A stretch of 64,000 nucleotides of DNA from Octopus sinensis (taxonomy: Eukaryota). A program made the translations under genes and the position numbers. Each line of letters begins with the position of its first letter. Within the stretch, counting starts at the first letter, position 1. Below, piece after piece: positions 13,305-25,462 of the stretch. The stretch is from the NCBI RefSeq assembly GCF_006345805.1, contig NC_043013.1:4526001-4590000 (forward strand), read 5' to 3'. The notes under the pieces are model-generated. The model worked only from the letters and a program-made list of their open reading frames with translations. It was not told the DNA's origin and did no database searches.

Positions 13305-14060
13305 CACTTATACCCACCAGACTATCAGATGTTGTTATACACCAAGATCACAGTACGCTTCCAATTCGTGCTTTTTTTGTGACTTTCTTTTCTATCTTGG
13401 CCCAAATTTCTTAATTAGATCCTCTTCCCATCGTTGTGGAGGCCTTCCGAGTAGCCTTCTTCGATATCTTTGCACGAGTTCAGTTGTTGTTTGGGAATCT
13501 CCGATGCAGCTCTACTTGAGCTTTCAGTATTGTACGATATACTGTCACAAGAAAATTCTAGAATGCCTCCTTCATCGGCGCTTTGCATCGTAGACAATCA
13601 ATGTCCTTCCTTCGTAGAAGCCCGCATCTCAGTTGCATATAAGAGCGCATGTTGAACGGTACAATTGAAGAGACTACGAAAAAAGACTTCTACAGTTTCG
13701 AGATGAACGCCCTGCGGAAATTCTGGAGATGCAAGAACTCGCCACCCATAAAAGTTCGATCTGAGAAGGGCATCAACTAAAAAGATGCCATCTCTCCAAA
13801 GCTTTTTAAGGTATGTCTAGAAATAGTTCCAAAGAATCAGTGACTGGACAGGTGACATGAACATCAAGGGCGAGCTAATAAGACACCTCCAATTCGCAGA
13901 TAACTCCGTTTACATCGCCGAAACAATACATCACCTGCTGGTCGTGCTGACGAGAGCTGGACACCCGTAGCTCTGCAGCAGGCCTTAAAATAAACTGCAT
14001 GAAAACAAAATATATGCGTCCAAAGACGTAGCACAAGGCCGAATATGGGCACACGGTGAG
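13305..14060. pseudogene. RTE-clade LINE relic with internal inversion
   Basis: The + strand at 13740-13930 encodes IRSEKGIN*KDAISPKLF and LRHLQFADN (RT motifs). The - strand at 13305-13600 encodes LLGRPPQRWEEDL (RTE C-terminus) and runs into a (TACA)n tail. Confidence 0.65.
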
Positions 14061-14252
14061 TCTAGCCGGGACAGGGCCGTAGAAATTTCGCGCAGAGGGC
14101 CAGGAAAGATCAATACTAGGAGTCTCATTCTGTATTAAAGTAAGAAATAAGTACTATTGTACTCTTTCCAGAAACATACTAAAAAAGGCTGATTCATTTA
14201 ATTTCATGTTGGCGTATTTTCAGACTAAATTTTTTTCTTGGGGGTCTAATTT

Positions 14253-14670
14253 AGATCTTTTCGGTTTGAACGGCAGTTTTTAACATAATTTCTAGGTAAC
14301 TAAAAAATTTTAAACTTCGTATACTGGTAGAATGTGTTTATAAAACATTTTTTTCTCTTGGCTTTATTGAGAAAATTCTATAGTTTGTAAGATATTTGTT
14401 GTTGTTTTTTTCTTCAATTTCTGCAATTTCAACCAATCACTAGCGTGTATTGAGGTAAAAAAAAAAACATTCTGTGCCGTATGAATATGTCCCTCGTTTA
14501 AGAAACAGATTATGTTTGTTTACATTTCTGAAGAAAAAAAGATACCCTTCCCCCCACCCCTAACCCTAAAACAGATTGAAATGCAATAGATCGATACTAG
14601 GGTCATAATTATGGGTGACAATTTCATATGACACCGCTAGAAAAAACTGCCGTTCAAACCGAAAAGATCC
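14253..14670 (+). mobile_element. MITE (same family as 7958-8389)
   Basis: Same TIRs; flanks tctaattt/tcttattt (7 of 8 identical). Confidence 0.9.
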
Positions 14671-15423
14671 TCTTATTTTCTTTTAGTCACCAATCTCAGT
14701 GTATTTGTGTGTGTGTGTGTGTTGTGTGTGTGTGCGCGCGCGCGCGCGTTGTCCGAGTCTGTGTGCCCGCCTGCACACATTGATATGAAATTTCAGTAAT
14801 GTGTGGGTAACAATATTTCTGAGGATGTTTTTGTTAGTCTGACATGTTCTTCCCATAAAACTCAACCACACACAATTTCTTTAGCAACATTAACTTATAT
14901 GATGCGTTTAATATCTATACAAACGCTTTTTTGTGTATTTCGCCTTTTTACATCGATGCGAAGCAGCGGTCGGCATACCCCTACTCTATTGTATGTTTTT
15001 TTCATTTTCTTCGTTCTTTACATAAGAACACACCTATCACGGTAACCAGGGACTTGATAAACCTGACTCGTGTAATTTCTGTAGGATTTTGGTCACAGTT
15101 TTAGACTTTTATTACTTATTTTATAATATTTTATTCTTTCACTTTCAATGCCTCACTCCACACTTTATGTTGGTTTTCTTCAATTGTCTGTCGTTTCATT
15201 GTACCTTATAATCACATTGAGATGAAAGTGCTGTCTTTAATAATTCTTTTATTGTATGTTTTCTTTCTTCTTTTGCCTTACAACAATGAATCACGTGAAG
15301 GAGTCAGTCTCCATTGACCACTGAGAAAGTCCCTTCCGCTTGAACGGCTCACCACCTACGTCGTTATTAGTAATACAGTTACTGCTCTTAGAAGGCGTTA
15401 GTGGCTATGGCAATTTGGAGGAT

Positions 15424-15476
<53 letters not shown>

Positions 15477-15779
15477 GAGAGAGAGAGAGAAACAGACAGA
15501 AAGAGGGGAGAGAGACAGGATAGAAATTGTTGAGTGGGTATATCATTTATATTTATACACACGCACGTACGGATTAATCTTTTTTATTCATTATCTATGT
15601 CTTATATTATCTATTCTTCTCGGAGATATTCGTTTTCCAATTTTTCTAGCCTCGTATGTTCTATGATATATTTTTCTTTTGTTATTTCACTCTTTACAAT
15701 AATGTAAATGATATATGTATGTGTTACAAAACACACACACACACACGCAAACACACACACTCATGAGTATAAATGCATC

Positions 15780-16021
15780 TTTACTCTTTTACTTGTTTCA
15801 GTCATTTGACTGCGGTCATGCTGGAGCACCGCCTTTAGTCGAGCAAATCGACCCCAGGACTTATTCTTTGGAAGCATAGTACTTATTCTATCGGTCTCTT
15901 TTGCCGAACTATTAAGTTACGGGGACGTAAACACACCAGCATCAGTTGTCAAGCGATGTTGGAGGGACAAACGCAAGCACACAAACATATACACACACAT
16001 ACACATACATATATATATGTG

Positions 16022-16078
<57 letters not shown>

Positions 16079-16235
16079 GACGGGCTTCTTTCAGTTTCCG
16101 TCTACCAAATCTACTCACAAGACTTTGGTCGGCCCGAGGCTATAGTAGAAGACACTTGCCCAAGGTGCCACGCAGTGGAACTGAACCCAGAACCATGTGG
16201 TTGGTAAGCAAGCTAATTACCACGCAGTTACTCCT
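15780..16235 (-). mobile_element. SINE family A
   Basis: Consensus match. A second partial copy follows at 16357-16550. Confidence 0.9.
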
Positions 16236-16560
16236 TAATAGGCAGCCTTACATGATAGAAGGGGCAGTCATATATATATTCATATATAATATATGGACAT
16301 TATATGTAACATATATACATATAAACATTAGACATATTAAAACTACTTTAAATATATTTTATTTGTTTCAGTTATTTGAATGCGGCCATGCTGCGGCACC
16401 GCCTTTAGTCGAGCAAATCGACCCCGGAACTTATTCTTTGTAAGCCTAGTACTTATTCTACCGGTCGCTTTTTACGGGGACGTAAACACACCAAAATCGG
16501 TTGTCAAGCGATTGTGTGGGAAGAAACAGGCACACAGACACACACACACATGCATATATA

Positions 16561-17898
16561 CAGGAAGCGTAAGGTATTTGAGGACACACAAGGCGGCGAG
16601 CTTGCAGAACCGTTAGCACGTCGGGCGAAATGCGTAGCCGTATTTCGTCTGCCGTTACGTTCTGAGTTCAAATTCCGCCGAGGTCGACTTTGCCTTTCAT
16701 CCTTTCGTGGTCGATAAATTAAGTACTAGTTACGCACTGGGGTCGATGTAATCGACTTAATCTGCTTGTCTGTCCTTGTTTGTCCCTTCTGTGTTTAGCC
16801 CCTTGTGGGTAGTAAAGAAATAGGTATTTGAGGACACACCTTTTGGGGTCATTGCTGCATGTTTGCTAACTCTGTGTAATCTTTGTTTCAAAAAATAAAA
16901 ATAGCAGACCCTCAGCTTACTCAAGAAATGAAGAGGCATGCTGTTATTGTGATTATAAAGGCTTAGCATAGAGATTTAGTAATATCTCGAGTTTTAAAAG
17001 TTGCCAGATCATTCGTCTGCAAAGTTTGTAAGGAGTTAGAGACTGAACAGGGAAACGTAACACTAGTATCAAAGCATGAAAAGCATTATAAACGCTCTGA
17101 AATCATCAGGACACCTGAATTTATCCAACAAGTTCAACAGACCATTGATTGCAATCCCGGAAAGTCCATGAGGTAAATTGCAAAAGATCCCTATGTTTCA
17201 GGAGGAACAGTCAGAAATGTTGTCCAGGACGACAACAGATATAACTCTTATATGATGAGGAAAGGTCAATTTGTTAGAAAAAGCAAAAGAAAATCACTTT
17301 ATCAGATCTAAAAGGCTCTTAAACAAACTGAAAAATCTAGCAGAATATTTGATTTGGTTTTTCTCAAACGAGAAAAACTTCGACCAAGATCAAAAAGCGA
17401 GCAGAAGAAATGACGGATGGTTATGTGCAGACCCTTCTGAAGTTTCAAGTGTTATGCATACAAAATGTTAGGGATTGTCAGCAATGAATTACATGTGATG
17501 CCTCCTTACTTCTTTCCACAAGGCCTTGGAGTTAACTCAGCCACCTACATTGAGATCCTGGAAATAACTGTAAACCCTGAACAGACAGTGTATGCAATGG
17601 AAGAACATATGTGCTTCAGTAAGACTCACACATGGATGACTGAAACTTTTCATGATTACATAGCCCCTAACATTTGACCTCCTAATTTCCCATATCTCAA
17701 TCAATTGGACATGTGGAGAGATGTTGAGAGAGAGAGAGAGAGAGGTCAATGAACACTGCCATAACTCCAAAGATTCTTTGAAAGCTTTTCGATAAATAAA
17801 TTTATTATATATAAAATAATAATATATTATTATTTCATTATAGATATCTGTTTTTTTATAAACATAAATCTGTCACCAAATAGCTTACGCATTTTGTG
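16561..17898 (+). mobile_element. Decayed Tc1/mariner-superfamily (maT/DD37D-like) transposon with TIRs
   Basis: Transposase pieces RLLNKLK...WFFSNEKNFDQDQKASRRNDGWL, MLGIVSNELHVMPPYFFPQGLGVN and *PPNFPYLNQLD. The ends caggaagcgtaaggtatttg and caaatagcttacgcattttg are imperfect inverted repeats. Confidence 0.8.
16590..16821 (+). mobile_element. SINE B inserted in the transposon TIR with an ~18-bp TSD
   Basis: aggtatttgaggacacac is present on both sides of the SINE. Confidence 0.92.
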
Positions 17899-17905
17899 TG
17901 TATAC

Positions 17906-17942
<37 letters not shown>

Positions 17943-17977
17943 ATATAATATATATATATATACATATATATACATAT

Positions 17978-18086
<109 letters not shown>

Positions 18087-18089
18087 GAG

Positions 18090-19007
18090 GTAGGTTTAAG
18101 AGACAGAACCACCTTCAAGCAACTCAATCAACATTGAACGAGTATGGTCTGAAAGGCTATAAAGCCAGGAAGAAGCCATAGGTTTCTGAAGCGAATATGG
18201 GAAAACGTCTACTGTGGGCCAAAAACCACGCAAATTGGACCAGTGAGCAATGGTCAAAAGTCATATGGTTTGATGAAAGTAACTATGAGGTAAGATAGTA
18301 CATGTATTCAATCAACATATAAACTTAATGTAACTGGTTTGTTGCCCAAAATATATAAAAGAGTATCCAACGTAAAGCTAATATTATTTTTCACTTTTTT
18401 TTAGTCAGGTTTTCGGTACATCTGGTGCAACTTTCATGCGTCGCAGACTTGGGGAAGCATTTAAGGCTGACTGTCTGGTACCAACCGTAAAACATGGAAG
18501 TGCCACAGGACCCGGAGAAATATTTTTATGTCAGGGAAGGATAAATTATCAAATGTTTTAGAGCCATCAATTGCTAAATTGCATCCAGGAGTGTCGAAAA
18601 ACAGTGTTACTTTTCAACAGGACAACGCTCCATGTCATACAGCAAAGAATACTCATGGTTTGAGACACAGGGATTGTCCAGCTCAAAGTCCCGATCTAAA
18701 TCCGATCGAACGCCTATGGGGAACTCTTGGTGAAGCTATCAGTAACACAACAATTGAAAATAAAGAGCATTTGTACCAAACATTAAGAGAAGAATGGAGT
18801 AAAATTGCACCTAGCCCCTGCAAGAAACTAGTTGATTCAATGCCTAACCGTATAAAAGTGGTAATTGATGCTAAAGGAGGGTCAGCCAGATATTAAAACT
18901 AATGCATATTGTGAAATATACCATAATCTACCATGTGCACGAGTTTCATTAACATTGAGACAGCAGAACCCCAAAATATTGGGGTGGCCTAATACTTTTG
19001 GGCAAGG

Positions 19008-19010
<3 letters not shown>
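18090..19010 (+). mobile_element. 5'-truncated Tc1 (DD34E) transposon, transposase pseudogene with an apparent intron at 18290-18408
   Basis: ARKKP, WAKNHANWTSEQWSKVIWFDESNYE|VFG...VPTVKHG, FQQDNAPCHTA, CPAQSPDLNPIERLW and SMPNRIKVVIDAKGGSARY. The 3' TIR reads ...aatacttttgggcaaggctg|TA. Confidence 0.88.
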
Positions 19011-19088
<78 letters not shown>

Positions 19089-20207
19089 TCAACATCTCGA
19101 CCTTCTACAAAAAATATTGAAGAAACCGAAACGAAGAAAACACCCTCGGAAATGTATGAGAACCTTGGAAATCTATGCGACACAATGAAGACATTCTTTA
19201 CAAACTTTACAAAACAAGAGCAACAAAAAGAAGGACCACATGGGAAGAACCTAATAACTTCAACATTACAAATAAAGAACCAAGTCCTTCCCCAATGGAG
19301 AATACTACAGCGAAACAGAAAATTCGCATTTTGGAAAATGATACAAAATCAGAATAAAGCAGAGATTTACCAAAAGTGGCTTGACTTAACACCCCTAATC
19401 ATACCCCGCAAATTACAAATTAAGCCCATCTCGGAAGAACCAGAAGAACAAAGAAGACTTAGAGAAAAAATGTCATTAGAAAAATGAAGATGGAAATAGA
19501 ACTACTTAAGCTGAGAGCTAAGACGAATGAAGAAAAAGTAAAAACCATAGATGAGGAAATCAACGAAGAAGTCATCAAACTAATAGACGACATCAATACT
19601 GAAACATTACCAGCACTATGGAATGAAGAATGTGAAAAAGAGGAACTAAAGTCCCTCCAACGATGGGAAAAGAGCGCCAACTGGTTCTTGGATTATGAAA
19701 CCAACTTCAAAAATGAACACATATCCAACAACCCTTTCAAAAAATTAAGTAAAACAAAACCAAATACTAACAGAACGGAACAACCACCAAGAAATCTAAA
19801 TACACTTCACACCAGAAAATACATTTAAAACGCACCCCACACTACCTAAACCAACCCCAAAACACTTACAGGGACCCACCACACCATTTCAAGAACCATA
19901 GGGATACAACACACAATTCTATGAACTACAATCCACATAACCAAACTAAGACTCAACTACCGAACCTCTACTCTAGGAACGAACCATACAACCTTAACAA
20001 ACAACAAACACACTACAGAAGAAACAACTACCAACACAATATACCTGATACATTAAGACGGAACACGAAGTACAAAAACACACTACAAAACAGAGCACCA
20101 CAAACTCACTCTGACAATTCTAACAACATGAGACAGATAAATAGTAGTTTTGAACATAACTACACCAACCATTTTTTAGACCTTACACACAGGAACAGGG
20201 ATACACG

Positions 20208-22482
20208 ATGGCAAAGGACAAACAAAAGAAACCACAGGTAATTAAAATAATCAATCTCTCAAATAAAGAACTTACACCTAACGAAATAAGCATACTTTCC
20301 AAAGGACTTAAATTTACTCCAACCCCACAACGTTCAAATTACTATGAAATGAAAGACGATGTTTCGGAATTTTGTAGGAGATTAAGACTTGCCGAGGAAT
20401 TTCATGACAAACAAATAGATGACAAATCAATAGCTAGAAACAACAGCGACTACACCCCTACCAAAGGAAAGAATAAAGCCTTAGACCGCTATTGTGACTA
20501 CATAACTAATTTCCCTTTTCAATTCACCAATAAGCAAAAACACAGCCAAAACTTTAACAAAAGAGAATGGAACGACCTCATCAAACTAAGAGAAGACAAA
20601 ACAATAACAATTAAGGAGGCAGATAAGGGCAACGTGGTAGTTTTAATGAACACAAGTGATTATAAAAATCTAGTACTATCCCTATTAGGAGATGAAACAT
20701 ATTATGAAAGGGCCCAACATTATAATTAACCAAAAATAATGAATAACCTCAGGACATTAATCAACACATACCGAGAAGGACTCACGGACAAGGAGTACGA
20801 ATGCATCACTAACTTTAAGTGTAATTCAAGTCTATTCTACGGTATCCCTAAAGTCCACAAAAGCCAAATAATTAGTGAAACATGCAAAACATCTACCGAT
20901 ATACTCATCAAAATCCCTTCACTTAAACTTAGACCGACAATAGCAGGCCCAGCATGTGAAACTCACCGCCTCAGCAACTTCTTAAACACACTTCTTAAAC
21001 CTTTCCTAAAGCACATCAAAAGCTACGTAAGAGACGATATAGACATGCTTAACCACCTCCCAAAACGGTCAATGAGAAAACCCTACTAGTATCCTTCGAC
21101 GTAATTAACCTTTATTCAAACATCCCTCACACCCTAGGAATAGAAGCGATCACTTTCTGGCTAAACAACTACCCCTTTGAACTTCCAACTCGCATAAATA
21201 AAGAACTCATAATAGAAGGACTTAGATTTATTTTAGAAAACAATTACTTTATTTTTGATAATAATTACTACAGACAAAGATTGGGAACAGCGATGGGTAC
21301 GCGTACTGCGCCTCCTTTTGCCAACCTAGTGATGGGATACCTCGAGATAATACTCTACCAGAAAACACTCGAGGAATATAGAAACAATTTCTCCACCTAT
21401 ATCCAGAACAACTGGAAAAGATACCTCGACGACTGCTTCATCCTCTGGGATAAAAGTATAGAGAAACTTGAGGAATTTAAAATACTATTAAATGGAATAA
21501 ATGATAATATTCAGTTCACGATGGATCATAACGAAGAAGAATTGCCATTTTTAGACATCCTCATTAAGAAAGTCGGCAACAAAATAGAGACAGATATCTA
21601 TTATAAACCGACAGACTCCAAGCAGTACCTACCCTTTGATTCATGCCACCCAAGACACACTAGAATAAATGTCCCTTTCTGTTTAGCCAGAAGGATTTGC
21701 ATCATAATATCAGACGCAAACACCCGACACACGTCTCCAGGAACTCAGAACTACACTCATAAATAGAAATTATCCACAGCCCCGAATAGACAGTGCAATC
21801 CAACGAGCACTTAAATTAAGTATAGAAGACCTGACACAACCAAACTAAAAAAGAAAGAAAAATTAAAAACCCTAACCCTACATCTCTACACACAACCCAG
21901 TTAACAATGAGGCCTTCAACACCATACTACAAAGTACAGCCCTACTCAAAGGAGACCCAAAGATGAACCGAATCCTCCAAACACACCATCATTAAAAGTA
22001 AACGGCAACCAAGATCCTTAAAAAAGATTTTAACCCAAGCTAAACTGCGCTCAACAACAACCACAAAATCAGCAGTTAGAAAATGTGGAAAGCCCAACTG
22101 CGGAATCTGTGTCATCTTGGTAAAAGGTTCAGAATTCATATTAGAACAAGGCCATCAGTTTACCATCAGAACAAACTTCACCTGTGCATCAAAAAACTTA
22201 ATTTACGTGTTAACATGCGCAGGGTGCAATAGGCAGTATATTGGCCATACAAAAAACAACCTACGAAAAAGGATGGCGGTTCATAAATCCCAAATTAGGA
22301 ATCCTGAATACAGGAAAATACCAGTCAGTGGACACATAGATAGATGTGCTTCAAATAAAAATCCCAAATTCACAACTTTCCCACTTTACAAATTCAGTGA
22401 CAGAGTAACCTTCACTCAACGCCAAAATAAAGAACTTTATTTTATTAGAAAATTCGGACCAAGTTTGAACACCTTGGGCTAG
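20208..22482 (+). pseudogene. PLE reverse transcriptase plus GIY-YIG endonuclease (disrupted)
   Basis: KGLKFTPTP, IKEADKG, FYGIPKVHK, LRP, VSFDVINLYSNIP, GTAMGT..AP.FANL, WKRYLDD, LPFLD, IYYKPTD..YL.F.S.HP and NLIYVLTCAGCNRQYIGHT...RM..H, spread over several frames. Confidence 0.93.
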
Positions 22483-22899
22483 GAACATTAAAACAATATA
22501 TTGGTCTTCCGAAAAGAAAAATGGAATTCTACCACTACCACCACGATCATTACTACTGCTGCTACTATTACTACTACTACACCCACCATGGTCACTACTA
22601 TTACTACTACGATCAACAGTCTTCCACTGCTGCCGCTGCTGCTACTGCCACAGCTAGGCTACTGCTACAACCTACGAGCTGCTGCAACCCCAACCACCAC
22701 CACCACCACGGTTACTACTACTACGACCAACAGTCACTACTGCTACTGACATTTCAGCCACTGACCATTACCTTAGTTTTATTCGAACACACAAGACAGC
22801 TATTATGCTCACTCCCCACAAAAAAATCACCACGTGGATTCTGTTGAGACCAGTAAGAAACAATTATGAACTTTTTTATTACACTTAACTTTTTTAAAT

Positions 22900-22947
22900 A
22901 TTTTTGATAAGGTTCGTTTTTTCAAGAAGAACCGAAACATGTAAAAT
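22900..22947 (+). ncRNA. Degenerate type I hammerhead in the PLE 3' UTR
   Basis: attt-TTGATAA-GGTTC...GAACC-GAAA-CATG-TA-aaat. The core has two substitutions relative to CUGANGA. Confidence 0.65.
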
Positions 22948-23005
22948 TTCTAAGAAAATTAAAATTTGTCTTATATAGTGGCGTTTTCAAACTTCTTTTT
23001 TATAA

Positions 23006-23042
<37 letters not shown>

Positions 23043-23070
23043 ATATTTATATTTATATATCAATGAACGT

Positions 23071-23107
<37 letters not shown>

Positions 23108-23242
23108 TCTATATTATAAACATACTAGGGCACCCGTTAAACGATGTGTAGTTTAGTTGACTATTTTTTGTAAAGTAATTGAAAGTAATTGAAAGTATCA
23201 GTAACCAGTTTTACGTATATTTACATAAATCTACACACACAC

Positions 23243-23417
<175 letters not shown>

Positions 23418-23442
23418 TATATACATATATATATATATATAT

Positions 23443-23519
<77 letters not shown>

Positions 23520-23692
23520 CAGTTACATTTGAAAATGAATAGAAATAGAATGCGCACTTATTGAAATTCCTCTTTAAACTGTTTGTTTTAAATAATTAAT
23601 CCGCAAACCTCCATATAACAAATAAATATTACAATATTTTTATACTGAACATGTGCAATTTTATCTTAATATATACAGGGAGGTTTTTACAT

Positions 23693-24760
23693 TTAGACAT
23701 CTTCGGTATATGCAACATTTCTAGTTAGTTTCTGTATTTCATGATGGTTCCGACGCCTTGAATTTGAATTGTAATTGAAGAACTCGTTTTTGTCAGCATG
23801 AATTCTTATCTCGTCTGGGTCTCCAACCTTGCTCATAGCAACGTATGTAAGTGAAAACTGGATTTGGTAATTAAATGACACACTTTGACAGACCCTGTCC
23901 TTGGCTTTTGTTTATGGAAATCGCAAAAGCCGGTCTTATTGGAAATTAGCGTCTTTGTAATGTGAAGGTTAAGTCAGAATCAGAAGGCATTAAACTGATC
24001 CGAGGAATCAGAACAATTTGTCCCACATCAACTCCAATCAATTTTTTTGCAGTTATTAGATTGTTATTTGCAGTCACAATTTCATACCTTGTGCTGTTAC
24101 AATGATTGGTTTTGTGATCAAGGTTTCTGAGTAACATTATTTGTGCTCCAATTTTTAATTTTATCTCATGCGAAGGTAGACCACTGATATTTATCGAATT
24201 AAAAAATTCTGGTTGATCCAATGCTGCTTGGCCTTCGTGTGTCACAGAATCGATGCTCTTCATTGAAATTAAATCTCCTAGAAGATTTTCCATTAACATG
24301 TTATTTAAACGATCGACATCTTCGTTCTTAGTAGACAATATCGCTCTTGATGACACCCATGTTTCATTTTGGTAATTAATGCCAAGATCGTTTGGATGCA
24401 ACAGTCATATTTTGGAGAAGCTCGATAGTGTCCTCATATGGGGCATTTTGAATAGCAAGAACTCTTCTTTCTCCTAATTAAAGAAGCCATTCAGAATGCT
24501 GACTTAATCTGTCATGTGATGAGAAGTCATTCTTATTTAAACAGTTAAAAACCCGCATATTTGTAGTTAAATGAAGAATCTGGTAATGTTGCTACGAAAA
24601 CGAATTTTTCATGCATGAGTTCACTAATATTGGTCGCTCTTCGAACAACAGGAAGAATTTGACGAAAATCACCACTAAGAACAAAATTTTTCCACCGAAA
24701 GGTAAATCATCATTCCTATCTTTGAGAGTACGATTGAGAGACTCGAGAAGGTGACGATGT
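23693..24760 (-). pseudogene. Helitron RepHel helicase (PIF1-like) fragment
   Basis: VLSGDFRQILPVVRR, RAILSTKNEDVDRLN, SGLPSHEIKLKIGAQIMLLRNL, IPRISL, FPIRPAFAISINK and YVAMSKV. Confidence 0.88.
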
Positions 24761-24764
24761 CTCA

Positions 24765-25109
24765 TACTATTGAGTGAGCATTGTGTAAGAGACGTCCAGT
24801 TGCTATTCGTAAGACCCGCAGAAGAGAAAGCAGGTCAACCCCCGACACCGAGAGCATCGACGGATGGATGAATGCGCATCCAGTCTCAGCGATTGCGTAG
24901 GAAGTCGGGGACAAGAAACAGGAAGAAAGAGTGAGAGAAAGTTGGAGCGAAAGAGTACAACAGGGGTCGCCACCACCCCCTGCCGGAGCCCCGTGGAGCT
25001 TTAGGTGTTTTCGCTCAATAAACACACACAACGCCCGGTCTGGGAATCGAAACCGTGATCCTCCGACCGCGAGTCCGCTGCCCCTAACCACTGGGCCATT
25101 GCACCTCCA
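24765..25109 (-). mobile_element. SINE family C (tRNA-derived head)
   Basis: The minus-strand head reads ggaggtgcaatggcccagtggttagg...ggtttcgattccc. Other copies lie at 32428, 61990 and 63320. Confidence 0.88.
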
Positions 25110-25189
25110 TGATGCTGCTGCAGTGCAATAGCTGGATTATTTGCATCGAAAATAACTAATTATTGATCCGGTAAGTGAATTGGTAGGCA

Positions 25190-25460
25190 TTCAACGGAAG
25201 GATGCTTTGTTAAATTGGAAATTCAAATATTCTCCAACAGGCTTCCGAAGATCCAATATAACGGCAATTTTCATAGGTCGAAATCTCATCTTTTGCTCCG
25301 AAGTCTTCAACGATGGTGCGAACATGGTCACTAGTTCTTTGCAGAGAAACAGTTGATTGATGAACACCTTTGAAGATGTATTTATATAGATACTTTACAG
25401 CTTTTATCGGTGCACACTATTCAACGTTGATGTGAGATTCGTATCTCTTCAATACACTCT
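25190..25460 (-). pseudogene. Helitron Rep-region fragment
   Basis: The minus strand encodes RYESHINVE*CAPIKAVKYLYKYIFKG, a conserved RepHel motif. Confidence 0.75.
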
Positions 25461-25462
25461 CA

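Larger units (their letters stand above)
19088..23005 (+). mobile_element. Long Penelope-like retroelement (Neptune-like), frameshifted, flanked by (TA)n
   Basis: An N-terminal coiled region (19152-19828), RT, a Cys linker (CGKPNCGIC), GIY-YIG and a 3' UTR with a degenerate hammerhead. Confidence 0.92.

Noticed and set aside
22501-22847. Thr-rich and His/Tyr-rich ORFs
   Set aside because: They derive from (CTA)/(CCA) trinucleotide repeats in the PLE 3' UTR.
25030-25109. tRNA gene
   Set aside because: The tRNA-like sequence is the head of a multi-copy SINE and continues directly into the SINE body.
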